The translations under genes and the position numbers were made by a program. Positions 16,761-25,322 of a stretch of DNA of 64,000 nt are shown here, one piece after another. The stretch lies in NCBI GenBank assembly GCA_013361525.1, contig JABFXY010000067.1, forward strand, positions 4,387 to 68,386. Reading direction: 5' to 3'. Below the pieces are notes generated by a model, which searched no databases, had not been told where the DNA came from, and saw only the letters and a program-made list of their open reading frames with translations. How positions within the stretch are numbered: position 1 is the first letter of the stretch; each line of letters starts with the position of its first letter. Origin of the DNA: Polyangiaceae bacterium (GTDB taxonomy: Bacteria; Myxococcota_A; Polyangia; Polyangiales; Polyangiaceae).

Positions 16761-17280
16761 GGGTCCCCAATTCCTCCATGCGTGCGTAAAGCCTCGGTGC
16801 TCGCCCGGTCGGGAACTCCTCTTCATAGAGACGGCAGAGCTCGTCCCAATGCTTATGGAGCGCCGCCCAGACCTTCGACGCGGCAGCCAGTGCTTGGAGC
16901 GCGCGGAGCGTCTCGGGAAACCGCTTCGTGAGGCGATAGCAGCGACCGAAGTCGGCCGGATCGATCGGGTGACGCGGGTCACCGCCGAGCCCCCCAAAGT
17001 ATCGATAGATCGCCTCTGAAGAGAGACCTGTGTCGCGAGACTCACGCCACCGGCCGAGCGTGTCGACGGTTTCGCAGCCGAGGTAGGTGTGTCCGTGACC
17101 GAGGCAGAAGGCGCACTGGTCGCCTGCTGGCTTCTTGCACTTCGCGTGCGTTTTCACGAACGCGTTGCTCATCGCAACGAAGTCGTCGATCGCGATCGGC
17201 ATACCGAAAGTGACGGCGCGCCCGCAGTGCAGGCAGGCGGCGCCGTTGCTTTGGGCCACGACGTGGGCGGTGCGGCTCAT
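16753..17280 (-). CDS. hypothetical Cys-rich protein
   Basis: Track ORF; CLHCG...CKKPAGDQCAFCLGHGH zinc-ribbon-like N-terminus. Confidence 0.5.
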   Translation of the reverse strand: MSRTAHVVAQSNGAACLHCGRAVTFGMPIAIDDFVAMSNAFVKTHAKCKKPAGDQCAFCLGHGHTYLGCETVDTLGRWRESRDTGLSSEAIYRYFGGLGGDPRHPIDPADFGRCYRLTKRFPETLRALQALAAASKVWAALHKHWDELCRLYEEEFPTGRAPRLYARMEELGTHG

Positions 17281-17474
17281 GAGGTTGCTCCAAGTCGCGC
17301 GACAGCAGCCTGACGCGCCGCGATCTCCGCCTTCGATTCGATCGGCGGGATGCCGGCGAGCTCGTAGGTGTCTCCCGAGCGCTTCAGCGGGGCGCCGCAG
17401 AACGTGCAGGCGCGCTCCTTCGTTTCGAGCAGGTACAGCGGGGTGAAGCAGCAGGGTGATTGCGTGGTTTTCAT
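17277..17474 (-). CDS. hypothetical small zinc-ribbon-like protein
   Basis: Internal ATG 17474 (ATGA with upstream stop); contains CCFTP...CTFCG. Confidence 0.4.
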   Translation of the reverse strand: MKTTQSPCCFTPLYLLETKERACTFCGAPLKRSGDTYELAGIPPIESKAEIAARQAAVARLGATS

Positions 17475-18160
17475 GGCGAGACTCCCGGACGCGACGGTTG
17501 GTCGCCGGCTGACGGGCGCCGACTGCCTCGTGGCGTCATGACCGCATCGCGATCGGGCCATCCGGTGCCGAGACGATCGTGAATCATCCCCGCCCTCACA
17601 CCGAGGTGCTCGGCCCATTCTTCGACGCAACGTGTTTGCCCGTCGATCGTGATCATCCTCGACGAGCTGCGATTGCGGTTCTGCTCCTTCATGGTCGCCC
17701 ATCGGCAATTGCCCGGCTCGTAGTTGCCGTCCCGATTTGGGAATCGATCGATGGAGTGCGACCGGGACGGTCGCTCGCCCATATCGGCAAGGAAGGCCCC
17801 AAAGGAGGCCCGCCAGCGGGGCGCCACTCGGATCCCGCGGCCGCCGTAACGTTTGAAGCCGCGGTGATTGGGGTTCTCACACCGCTCGTTCATTCCGCGC
17901 CATGACTCCCACGTCGGTGTCGTCGTCCCCCCAACCGTGGCGCCGTGAGTAAGCGGCCTCGACTTCGCCATCGCGCCGCATGCCACGCAGCGTTTGCTCA
18001 CCCCGTTAGCAACGTTCGAAGCGTCGACCACAACAACGGCGCCACAATCGCAGCGGCAGCTGAGTCGGGCGGGTTCGCCCTTTGAGCGAGGTTCGACTCC
18101 GAGAACTGTCCAGGCCGCGAACCGGCGGCCCACCAACGCACTCCAATCGCGTGGCCTCAT
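17471..18160 (-). CDS. HNH_3-like endonuclease / DNA-binding protein
   Basis: YGGRGIRVAPRW...HSIDRFPNRDGNYEPGNCRWATMKEQNRNR fits the H-N-N pattern of phage HNH_3-type proteins. The C-terminal ITIDGQTRCVEEWAEHLGV is HTH-like. Confidence 0.55.
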   Translation of the reverse strand: MRPRDWSALVGRRFAAWTVLGVEPRSKGEPARLSCRCDCGAVVVVDASNVANGVSKRCVACGAMAKSRPLTHGATVGGTTTPTWESWRGMNERCENPNHRGFKRYGGRGIRVAPRWRASFGAFLADMGERPSRSHSIDRFPNRDGNYEPGNCRWATMKEQNRNRSSSRMITIDGQTRCVEEWAEHLGVRAGMIHDRLGTGWPDRDAVMTPRGSRRPSAGDQPSRPGVSP

Positions 18161-20503
18161 TTACGCCTCCACGCTCACGCGACCATCGGCGACGACGATG
18201 CGGCTGTCGCACAACGCCTGAACCTCAGGCGAATGCGAAACGAGAAGAAGCTGGTGCACGTTCGCGAGCTCGGCGGCGCGCCGAAGCATTGCTACGTAGG
18301 CGCGCGAGTTCGCCGCATCGAGCGCTGCTCCTGACTCGTCGCGGATCAACGTGGCGCCAGAGATGCCGTTTCGCTGGCAAACGAACATGGTGATTGCGAG
18401 CGAGATCGCTTCCCCGATCAGGACCCGCTCTCCGCCGGACAGCGTCTCGACGAGGGCGTCGCGGCCGCGCTCGGTGTCGACCACGCGCACGTCGCAAGTC
18501 TCGAGCTCGCGCTTACCGTCGGCGCTCGCCCGCGTCGTCTCGATCGAGATGGTCCACCGGGTGGACACGCAGTTTTGGAGCAGGTCGTTCGCCATTTGGG
18601 TGAGTTGAACGGCAGCGACGTCGGCTTCGAGCGCTTGCAGACCGTCCTTCCCGAGACTCTCGGCGAGCACGACGGCGGCAGACACCGACCGTTCGGTCGC
18701 TTCCAACTCGGCTTCGACATTCGCCCGGTCGACGGTTGTCTTCTTGGCCTGCTCGACGGCGAGCGCGGCTCGTTCACGCCGGGCTCGGCACGCAGATAGT
18801 CGCGTCTCCGCCTGCGCCAGATGGTCGGTCTCGGCGTCCACGGCCGGGGCCGCCTCGAGCTCAGCCTTCTCGGCGGTGAGCTTGGCGATCTGCGGGTCGA
18901 TCTCAGCGAGTCGCGCACTCGCGTTCTCGAGGTGCGGAGCCCGGCGCGCGTCGACTGCCAGCCCGCCGATCTCGGTGGAGTACCCCGCGCGAACGAAGTT
19001 CTTCTCGGCGAGGAGGTCTGCGAGCTCCTTCTTTTGCGGCTCAAGGTCCGCCTTCATCTCCTCGTACTGCGTCGCCTCGTGCTCCGCGGTCGCGAGCTGC
19101 TCGGCCGCCGTGGCCTTTGCAGCACGCGCGGCATCGAACTCGCCAGCGCGAGCCGCAATGCGCTCGGCGTGTGCAAGGTCATCGCGCCTCTTCCGGAGTA
19201 GCTGGGCGCCGTCGGCGAGCTGGGCCCGGGCGGTCGCGAGTCGGGTCGGACCGGTCTCGATCTCGACCTTGGCGGCGTCGTCCTCAGCGAGGACGCGAGT
19301 CGCGACCGCACGCTGCTCGATGCCGTTCCCGGCTTCGGTAGCGATCTGGGTGAGTCCAGCCCGCAAGGCTCCGATCCGCTTCCCAGCACCGTCCAGCAGG
19401 CTGTTCGCCAGCTCGTCGACGCAGACCTTTGCCGCGGCCTCTTCGTCAGCGGTCTGCTGAACAGCGTCGCGCAACCCTTGCAGCGATTCGGTCGCTCTCG
19501 TGACTTCGCTCTCGCCGGCGAGCACACGGTCAGCGGCAGCAATGCGGGAGCGGGCGTCGGTCGCGTGGCGCTGAGCCGCTTCCCAGCGAGCTACGGTCTC
19601 CCGGCGCTGACCGTCGATCGTGGAGATCTGCGCCGTGATGGCCGCGATCTCGGCGTCGACCGCAGGAACGAGCTTTTCGCGAAGCTCGACCGTCCGCGCA
19701 GCCGCTTGGCGGATCTTGTCCGCCTCCGGCAAGAGCGCGGCATTGTTCGCGCGCCTGCCCTCAAGGTCGCCGAGGGACTTTCGCACGTCCTCCAGGCGCC
19801 GCAGGGTGACCGCGTACGTCTTGGCCGCCTCGTCGGCCTGCTTCGCTCCTGCGAGCGCCGCCTCGGCGTCCGCGACGCCCCTAGTGGCCTGGACGAGCTC
19901 GGCGTCGACCTCGGCCATGTCGAAGCTCGGAAGGCTGTCCATGCGCCCACGGAGGCGGGCAGCTGCGGTCTTGGCGTCACGCCCACGACCACGGGCGGCC
20001 TCGGCCAGAGCCTCCAACCTCTCGGCCCCAAGGATCTTCAGCAGCACCTGCTTCCGCTCGGCCGCCTTCATGTCCAAGAAGCCGCCGGCTTGCTGCGCCG
20101 AGAAGATCGAGGCGTAGGTCACCTCCGGCGGGGGCAGATGCTTCGACGCCCACGCGTCGAACGACCGCCGCTTCGCCGAGTCGAATGCCGGAGATCCGTC
20201 CTCTCGTAGAACGATGCTGTCGCCAGCTCCAGAGACTGAGTCGACCGCGTGCCGAAGGGTCCAGTTGGACCCGTTGACGGCCTTCACCTCGACGAAGGAG
20301 TCGCGCGCCCGTGCGAGGGATCCAAGGCTGCCACGTGTCGGAACCTCGCGGTACATCGCCCCAGCGAGCAAGCCGAGCAGCGTCGTCTTTCCGGAGCCGT
20401 TGGGCCCGACCACGCCGACCAGCTTTCCGGGGATCGCGTCGAGGTTGAGATCGACGTCGTCGAGGACACCCATCTTGTGGGCGCGAATCGTGGAGAATCT
20501 CAT
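18161..20503 (-). CDS. sbcC: SbcC/Rad50-like SMC-type ATPase
   Basis: Walker A GPNGSGKTT at the N-terminus, a ~500-aa Ala/Glu/Arg coiled coil, and C-terminal LSGGERVLIGEA signature plus TLIRDESGAALD (Walker B/D-loop). Confidence 0.85.
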   Translation of the reverse strand: MRFSTIRAHKMGVLDDVDLNLDAIPGKLVGVVGPNGSGKTTLLGLLAGAMYREVPTRGSLGSLARARDSFVEVKAVNGSNWTLRHAVDSVSGAGDSIVLREDGSPAFDSAKRRSFDAWASKHLPPPEVTYASIFSAQQAGGFLDMKAAERKQVLLKILGAERLEALAEAARGRGRDAKTAAARLRGRMDSLPSFDMAEVDAELVQATRGVADAEAALAGAKQADEAAKTYAVTLRRLEDVRKSLGDLEGRRANNAALLPEADKIRQAAARTVELREKLVPAVDAEIAAITAQISTIDGQRRETVARWEAAQRHATDARSRIAAADRVLAGESEVTRATESLQGLRDAVQQTADEEAAAKVCVDELANSLLDGAGKRIGALRAGLTQIATEAGNGIEQRAVATRVLAEDDAAKVEIETGPTRLATARAQLADGAQLLRKRRDDLAHAERIAARAGEFDAARAAKATAAEQLATAEHEATQYEEMKADLEPQKKELADLLAEKNFVRAGYSTEIGGLAVDARRAPHLENASARLAEIDPQIAKLTAEKAELEAAPAVDAETDHLAQAETRLSACRARRERAALAVEQAKKTTVDRANVEAELEATERSVSAAVVLAESLGKDGLQALEADVAAVQLTQMANDLLQNCVSTRWTISIETTRASADGKRELETCDVRVVDTERGRDALVETLSGGERVLIGEAISLAITMFVCQRNGISGATLIRDESGAALDAANSRAYVAMLRRAAELANVHQLLLVSHSPEVQALCDSRIVVADGRVSVEA

Positions 20504-21738
20504 GCTGCCCGCTCCTCACTCTCGATCTGGTGAAGCAACTCGATCGCTTGCGCCTCGATGGCCTCACCGGGCGCGCGTCCGGTGGACTTCCAGAAGGCGC
20601 GAAGCTTCACGTCCAGCGTGGCGGCCGCCGCGATCTCAGGCGCTCGAGCGCGAGCGTGAACGCTCACCACCTCCTCGACTTTCACGTTGACGGCGCCGCG
20701 CGAGAGGAGGTCTTCGCGAGCCCTCGCGGCCGCGAACCGAGCGGCGTCGCGCTGGTCGGATGCGACCTTGTAGCGCAAGCGGATCTCGGCGCCGTCGAGC
20801 GTCGCCGGGTCGGCGTCGAGGCCGTGCCAGCCGACGAGGAACTCCTGCACGCCTTCGGCGTTCGGCCCCCACTCGTCCTCGGCGAGAAACATCGCGGCGC
20901 ACGGGGTCTCGTTCAGATCGTTCTCGACGACGCCCCACGAGCTCCCGTCCCCGTCGTCGGTGCAACCCTGACCGGCAGCGGTGTCGAGCTCGAGCATCTG
21001 GTAGCCCTTCGGCTCGATCTCGCCGAACGCGGTTCGGCGCGGAGAGCCCGGGTAGATCACGGGCGCTCCGGCGATCTCCCATTGCTGGCCCTTATGGATA
21101 TGGCCAAGCGCGTAGAGATCGGCCTTGGCGAGCGCCAGATCGGAGAGGCTTAGCTCCATGTCGTGCCCAATGAGCGGCTGCCCGGTCGACGTCACCGAGC
21201 CGCTTACCATTGCGTGAGCAAGCACGATGCGCGGACCTGAGTGCTCGGCGAGCTCGGCGCCAATCCCTCGAAGCAAGTTGCGAAGCGCATCCTGCGCGAG
21301 CCCCTCGGCCTCCTGTCCAACCGCCCCGCTCACCGCGAGGAGTTCCGCTTTGCGCGGCCAGGCGAGGCAGCCGATCGCTACCTCACCCGACTTCGTTCGA
21401 ACCACGTGCACGCCGGCGGTCTCCTCGACGATCACGGGGTGACGCGTGCGAAGCCGCGAGAAGATCGACAGGTCGGAGACTACGTCATGGTTTCCGCGGA
21501 CCATCACCACCGGGCATTGGTCGGCGACCTTCGCCAGCCAGACCGCCACTGCGCGCCTCTCCGTCGGCGTGCTCTTTCGCTCGAAGACGTCGCCCGAGTG
21601 GATCAGGAGATCGGCGTCGAGGCGCCGGGCCTCGTCGGCGATGAAGTCGTGCACACGCACGCACTCGTCGAACCGAGACGATTCGTCGAAGTGCGAGTCA
21701 CCGACGAGGAGGACACGGATCTGGCCAAGCTTGTGCAT
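20500..21738 (-). CDS. sbcD: SbcD/Mre11-like metallophosphoesterase nuclease
   Basis: LLVGDSHFD, IHSGDVFE, VRGNHD and LAHAMV phosphoesterase motifs. 4-nt overlap with the sbcC-like gene. Confidence 0.85.
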   Translation of the reverse strand: MHKLGQIRVLLVGDSHFDESSRFDECVRVHDFIADEARRLDADLLIHSGDVFERKSTPTERRAVAVWLAKVADQCPVVMVRGNHDVVSDLSIFSRLRTRHPVIVEETAGVHVVRTKSGEVAIGCLAWPRKAELLAVSGAVGQEAEGLAQDALRNLLRGIGAELAEHSGPRIVLAHAMVSGSVTSTGQPLIGHDMELSLSDLALAKADLYALGHIHKGQQWEIAGAPVIYPGSPRRTAFGEIEPKGYQMLELDTAAGQGCTDDGDGSSWGVVENDLNETPCAAMFLAEDEWGPNAEGVQEFLVGWHGLDADPATLDGAEIRLRYKVASDQRDAARFAAARAREDLLSRGAVNVKVEEVVSVHARARAPEIAAAATLDVKLRAFWKSTGRAPGEAIEAQAIELLHQIESEERAA

Positions 21739-21747
21739 TGCGCGCTC

Positions 21748-23070
21748 CTAGTAGTTGTCAGCGTCCGGCCCGCGATCGCTGTACGGGTCCTCGAGCTCCT
21801 CGTCGTCGGAGCCTCCCGGCTGCTGCTGCCCGGATGCAGCGGACTCTCCGGCAGGGCGCGGCGTGGGAGGCGGCGCAGGGATCTCGTCGTAGCTGTAATC
21901 CCCGTATCCCTGGTCGATGCGCGTCCCCATTGGCGGGGGCGAGTGGGGCATGAACTGCGGCGCCGCTTGAGCCGGAGCGAGCACGGGCGCGGGTTGCTGG
22001 TGTCCGCCGTAGAGGGTGGCAGCCGAGCCGAGGAACGCCTGCCCGATCATCTGGCGGAAGTCGCGTCGGGCCTCCGGGTCATCGGAATGACCGGTGAAGA
22101 CAAGGCGAGCGACAGCGAACGGCTTCTTCAGGTCGGCTCGTTTGTAGGAGCGGTGCACGCCCTTGTTGCCAATCGCCTTGTTCATCGCCTTCGACTCGGC
22201 GTGCCGAATGATGAACTTTCGAAGTTCGAGCAACTGGGCGTCGCCCTTGTCCGACTTCGCCGCGGCCTTCTTTCGGATCTCGGCAGCCGCGGCTCCCGTC
22301 AAGTCGTCGTCGTCGCTCTCGCGGGTGTCGATCTCGACGTTCCCCGGGATCTCCTGCTTTGTCATGTCGAAGAGGGTGAAGATCGCTACCGCCTCCCAGG
22401 CGCAGTAATGCGGGTGGCTCCCGTCGTCGGTGCGTCGCGAATACTTCCAGGAGACGCCCGCCGCCGATGCGATCTTCGCTAGGGCGACACGGTCAAGCCC
22501 AACGGTGTCGTCATCCTTGGGGTTCTCCTTGCTACCCGTGATCTGGTAGACCTCGCGACCGTACGGATCCACCTGCACAAGGGAGATCGCGACCTCGCAG
22601 CCCTCGGGAAGGCGACCGACGATCGTGGCCGGCGAGACGAGGTGGTAGTTCTTCGCGGCTTCAAGCAGCGCTGCGCTCGCGACCTGGGAGTTGTTGAAGG
22701 TGCCGACGACCAACTGCTGAGGTTGACCCTGTGTGATCGCCGTAGACGTCGCCGGAGCGCGTCGCTGGGTGCCATTCTGCGCCTGGCGCTGGGCGCCACC
22801 ATTCGCGGGGCGAGCCGGTGACCCATTGCCACCGGCCGGGACGTTGAGCTCGTCGGCGCTGAAGCCGCGCTCGACCAGGATCTTCTTGGCGTCGCCCAGC
22901 CATTGCCGATCCTTCTCGGCGAATTGCTTCTGGGGGTCGTCGACGAGGCCGTCGGCCACCTTGTTGAACCACCATCGCAGCGTGTCGTCGCTGGCGTCGT
23001 GAAGGAGTCTTCCCTTCTCCTTGCCACCGAAGATCTTGAACATGCTCCTGGTCTGCGTCGTCGTCGTCAT
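21748..23070 (-). CDS. unknown protein in recombinase position (possible single-strand annealing or DNA-binding protein) with acidic tail
   Basis: Start ATG 23070 is preceded by AGGAGA. The C-terminus DDEELEDPYSDRGPDADNY resembles SSB-type acidic tails. Sits directly upstream of the SbcCD-like genes. Family not recognised. Confidence 0.5.
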   Translation of the reverse strand: MTTTTQTRSMFKIFGGKEKGRLLHDASDDTLRWWFNKVADGLVDDPQKQFAEKDRQWLGDAKKILVERGFSADELNVPAGGNGSPARPANGGAQRQAQNGTQRRAPATSTAITQGQPQQLVVGTFNNSQVASAALLEAAKNYHLVSPATIVGRLPEGCEVAISLVQVDPYGREVYQITGSKENPKDDDTVGLDRVALAKIASAAGVSWKYSRRTDDGSHPHYCAWEAVAIFTLFDMTKQEIPGNVEIDTRESDDDDLTGAAAAEIRKKAAAKSDKGDAQLLELRKFIIRHAESKAMNKAIGNKGVHRSYKRADLKKPFAVARLVFTGHSDDPEARRDFRQMIGQAFLGSAATLYGGHQQPAPVLAPAQAAPQFMPHSPPPMGTRIDQGYGDYSYDEIPAPPPTPRPAGESAASGQQQPGGSDDEELEDPYSDRGPDADNY

Positions 23071-23087
23071 CTTCGTTCTCCTGCGGA

Positions 23088-23357
23088 CTAGGCCGCCGCA
23101 ACTTTCTCCAAGGTCACCTGGCGCCGGTATTCGGCAGCCATCACCCGCGCCGCTTCGTCGACCTTCGTGCAGTGCGCACGATTGCTCTCGACGAGCAGCA
23201 GGATGTATTCGCGGAATGCGAGGTAGGGGTCGCGGGGTTCGCCGAGGTCCGCGTAGATGACCAATTCGCACACGGCGTTCCCCGCAACGTCGTCGGCAAC
23301 CCGGTCGAGCATGTAGGCGCGGCCAGCGATCGCGCATGCGGCAGCGATCGTGTTCAC
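23088..23357 (-). CDS. hypothetical protein
   Basis: Track ORF with plausible composition. Confidence 0.5.
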   Translation of the reverse strand: MNTIAAACAIAGRAYMLDRVADDVAGNAVCELVIYADLGEPRDPYLAFREYILLLVESNRAHCTKVDEAARVMAAEYRRQVTLEKVAAA

Positions 23358-23569
23358 GCTCGGCCCCCATCAATCGGGCGGCGCGCGTCACCGCGGCGCA
23401 TACCCCAGAGCGTCCCGTCCCGATTCGGAACGAGTTTCCAACCGGTCTCCTGCTCGAAGGCGTCACGCTGCGTGGGCGTGAGCGCTTCGATGTCGCGGAT
23501 CGTCAGATCGCCGGCCTGCACCAGCACGCCCGACACCGTGTCAAAAAGAACAGCGTCGATGCGACTCAC
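23354..23569 (-). CDS. hypothetical protein
   Basis: GTG 23569 overlaps the upstream stop (GTGA); the N-terminal extension in the track is Arg/Gly junk. Confidence 0.4.
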   Translation of the reverse strand: MSRIDAVLFDTVSGVLVQAGDLTIRDIEALTPTQRDAFEQETGWKLVPNRDGTLWGMRRGDARRPIDGGRA

Positions 23570-24090
23570 GCGACCCTCCGCGCCTTGATCGGAGCGGCGA
23601 CGACCGCCTTGCGAAGCCGGTCCTCCAGAGGAATGAACCGCGCGAAGCATTCGTCACACTCGACGTCGCCGCCGACGGTCGTGTCGCAGCGCGGGCAGCA
23701 AACCCGCGCGTCGGAAGCGAATCGCCCGCTGTAGCGAACGATCTTGCGGACGCGGACGTCCTTGCGGCGCGCGCTTTCAAGCTCAGCGAAGACGTTTGAG
23801 ACGTCTTCGAGATCGAGGTTCACGAAGCCGCGGCGCGGGAGCGTCACCTTGACGGCGCCGTTAGCGTCGTAGTCCACCGCCGTCGCGACGCCCGACTTCG
23901 GGATGCGGAACGAACGGAGACAGTCCTCGGGATCGAGCTGGTCGAGCTCCTCGGCGTGCGCGGCGTGCCACGCCTTCGCGAGATCGACGATCTGGTCGCG
24001 CCAGTGCATCGGGTGCCGCGTGAGGCGGTCGCACTCTTCGACGCGGCCGGTGAGACCGCAGGGGACGCAAGAGCAGGCGGGCGCGTTCAT
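23566..24090 (-). CDS. hypothetical zinc-ribbon protein
   Basis: ATG 24090 (ATGA). Contains CSCVPCG and CCPRCD...CDEC pairs. Confidence 0.5.
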   Translation of the reverse strand: MNAPACSCVPCGLTGRVEECDRLTRHPMHWRDQIVDLAKAWHAAHAEELDQLDPEDCLRSFRIPKSGVATAVDYDANGAVKVTLPRRGFVNLDLEDVSNVFAELESARRKDVRVRKIVRYSGRFASDARVCCPRCDTTVGGDVECDECFARFIPLEDRLRKAVVAAPIKARRVA

Positions 24091-24257
24091 TGGGACACCT
24101 CGCACGGAGGGAGAAGGGTGGGGCGCTCGTCGTTTGCGGCGCTGCCGGTCGCCACGAACGCAGCCTCGGCGAGCGTCGCTCCCTCAAGCAGGGCGCGCTC
24201 GGTCGCGTCGTACTGCTCGGCCACGGCGATCCGCTGGTAGGTGGAGGGGCGGAACAT
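24087..24257 (-). CDS. hypothetical small protein
   Basis: ATG 24257 overlaps the upstream stop by 1 nt (TGATG). Confidence 0.4.
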   Translation of the reverse strand: MFRPSTYQRIAVAEQYDATERALLEGATLAEAAFVATGSAANDERPTLLPPCEVSQ

Positions 24258-24484
24258 CAGGCAGCCTCCCAAACGCGGACGGTCTCTTCGCTCTCCCAGC
24301 CCGTGGCGTCGGCGCCGTAGACGTCGATCGCGAAGACGTCGTGGCCTGCGTCGCTCAGCGACTTCGCCGCATCGAGCGCAAGGCGTCCGTCGACCACCGA
24401 CTCAAAGGCCGAGCCGGAGGTCGTGCGGGCCCAGATCGATGCTGTCTTCGCCGCCCCGCCGTTCGTCGTCGCCGTGTTCGTCAT
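24257..24484 (-). CDS. hypothetical protein, first gene of the leftward early arm
   Basis: Track ORF immediately downstream of the PL-like promoter/operator. Confidence 0.5.
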   Translation of the reverse strand: MTNTATTNGGAAKTASIWARTTSGSAFESVVDGRLALDAAKSLSDAGHDVFAIDVYGADATGWESEETVRVWEAA

Positions 24485-24496
24485 GTTGCGTTGCCT

Positions 24497-24524
24497 AGTA
24501 TTGCCACAATGGCAACGTTGTCAA
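24497..24524 (-). promoter_or_regulatory. PL-like promoter: -35 TTGACA (24524-24519), 16-nt spacer, -10 AATACT (24502-24497)
   Basis: Read on the minus strand. The ATG of the first leftward gene lies 13 nt past the -10, so the leader is very short or absent. Confidence 0.5.
24501..24515. promoter_or_regulatory. operator-like palindrome TTGCCAcaaTGGCAA (OL)
   Basis: Same half-sites as the palindrome at 26948-26964. Overlaps the spacer and -10 of the PL-like promoter. Extra half-sites TTGCCT (24491) and GGCAAC (24528) lie nearby. Confidence 0.6.
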
Positions 24525-24629
24525 CTCGGCAACCGTGCGGCTGTGTCGATTCCTCCTAAGGACCTAGAATGTCATGGACAAATTGGCGCCCACTCCCGCC
24601 GTGGTCTTGAAGGGGTGACCGTTTGGGCG

Positions 24630-25232
24630 ATGACGCCGACCATCGTTGCCGAGTGCGAAGCGATCGCCGTGGCCGCCTACGTGAGCCGAGGGCTCGACCC
24701 TGAGCGACCGCTTCCGCCAGGTATCCTCTGTGAGAAACTGTTCGGCACCAGGCCCAAGCGGATGGCCGGACTCTCGCGCGAGGGCCGCATGGGCATCGTG
24801 CGGGGTGAGGTCTGGATCTACGTGCGCGCCGGGACGAACGCTGCGCGTGAGCGCTTTGTCCTGGGGCACGAGATGGCGCACGGCCTTCTCGGTGAGCACC
24901 ACTCGGACGCGAACATCGCGCTCGAGCGTCGCTGCGATCTCCTAGGAAGCTGCCTGCTCGTGCCTCGCCCAGCGTTCGAACTCGCGTTCCGGCGCTGGGG
25001 ATACGCGGTCTACGATCTCGCCCACGCTCTCTCGATCACACAGGCATCGGCGATGCTTCGGCTCGGTGAGGTGACAGGTCGCTCGGTGCGCCTTCTCGGC
25101 CCGCGTGAGCGATTTCGAGGCGAGCCGTTCGACTGGCCGGACGTAAGGAAGTGTCTGCGAGGCGGCTGCCGCTCGATCGCCCACCCGATCAAGCTCGTGG
25201 ACGAACGGAAGTGGGGGATGATTGCGAGTTAA
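24630..25232 (+). CDS. ImmA/IrrE-family zinc metallopeptidase
   Basis: Internal ATG 24630 of the track ORF. RERFVLGHEMAHGLLGEHH has the HExxH motif in the typical ImmA/IrrE context. Confidence 0.7.
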   Translation: MTPTIVAECEAIAVAAYVSRGLDPERPLPPGILCEKLFGTRPKRMAGLSREGRMGIVRGEVWIYVRAGTNAARERFVLGHEMAHGLLGEHHSDANIALERRCDLLGSCLLVPRPAFELAFRRWGYAVYDLAHALSITQASAMLRLGEVTGRSVRLLGPRERFRGEPFDWPDVRKCLRGGCRSIAHPIKLVDERKWGMIAS

Positions 25233-25290
25233 GGCAAGCCCTCCCGGCGATCGACAAACGTACGCTAGCGACCGGCGGCGAATCTTAAGA

Positions 25291-25313
25291 AGGCTGGCAA
25301 GTTGCCAGCTTTG
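25291..25313. terminator. bidirectional terminator-like hairpin between convergent genes
   Basis: GCTGGCA-AGT-TGCCAGC stem followed by TTT on the plus strand and by CTTCTTAAGATT on the minus strand. Lies between the ImmA stop (25232) and the membrane-protein stop (25323). Confidence 0.5.
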
Positions 25314-25322
25314 ACCTGAGCG

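Noticed and set aside
18161-21738. Reading the SMC-like ATPase plus nuclease pair as a Lamassu- or Gabija-type defence system
   Set aside because: The motif set (Mre11-type phosphoesterase boxes, Rad50-type Walker A, coiled coil and LSGGE) and the D-then-C gene order match ordinary SbcCD-like phage recombination modules inside the early operon.
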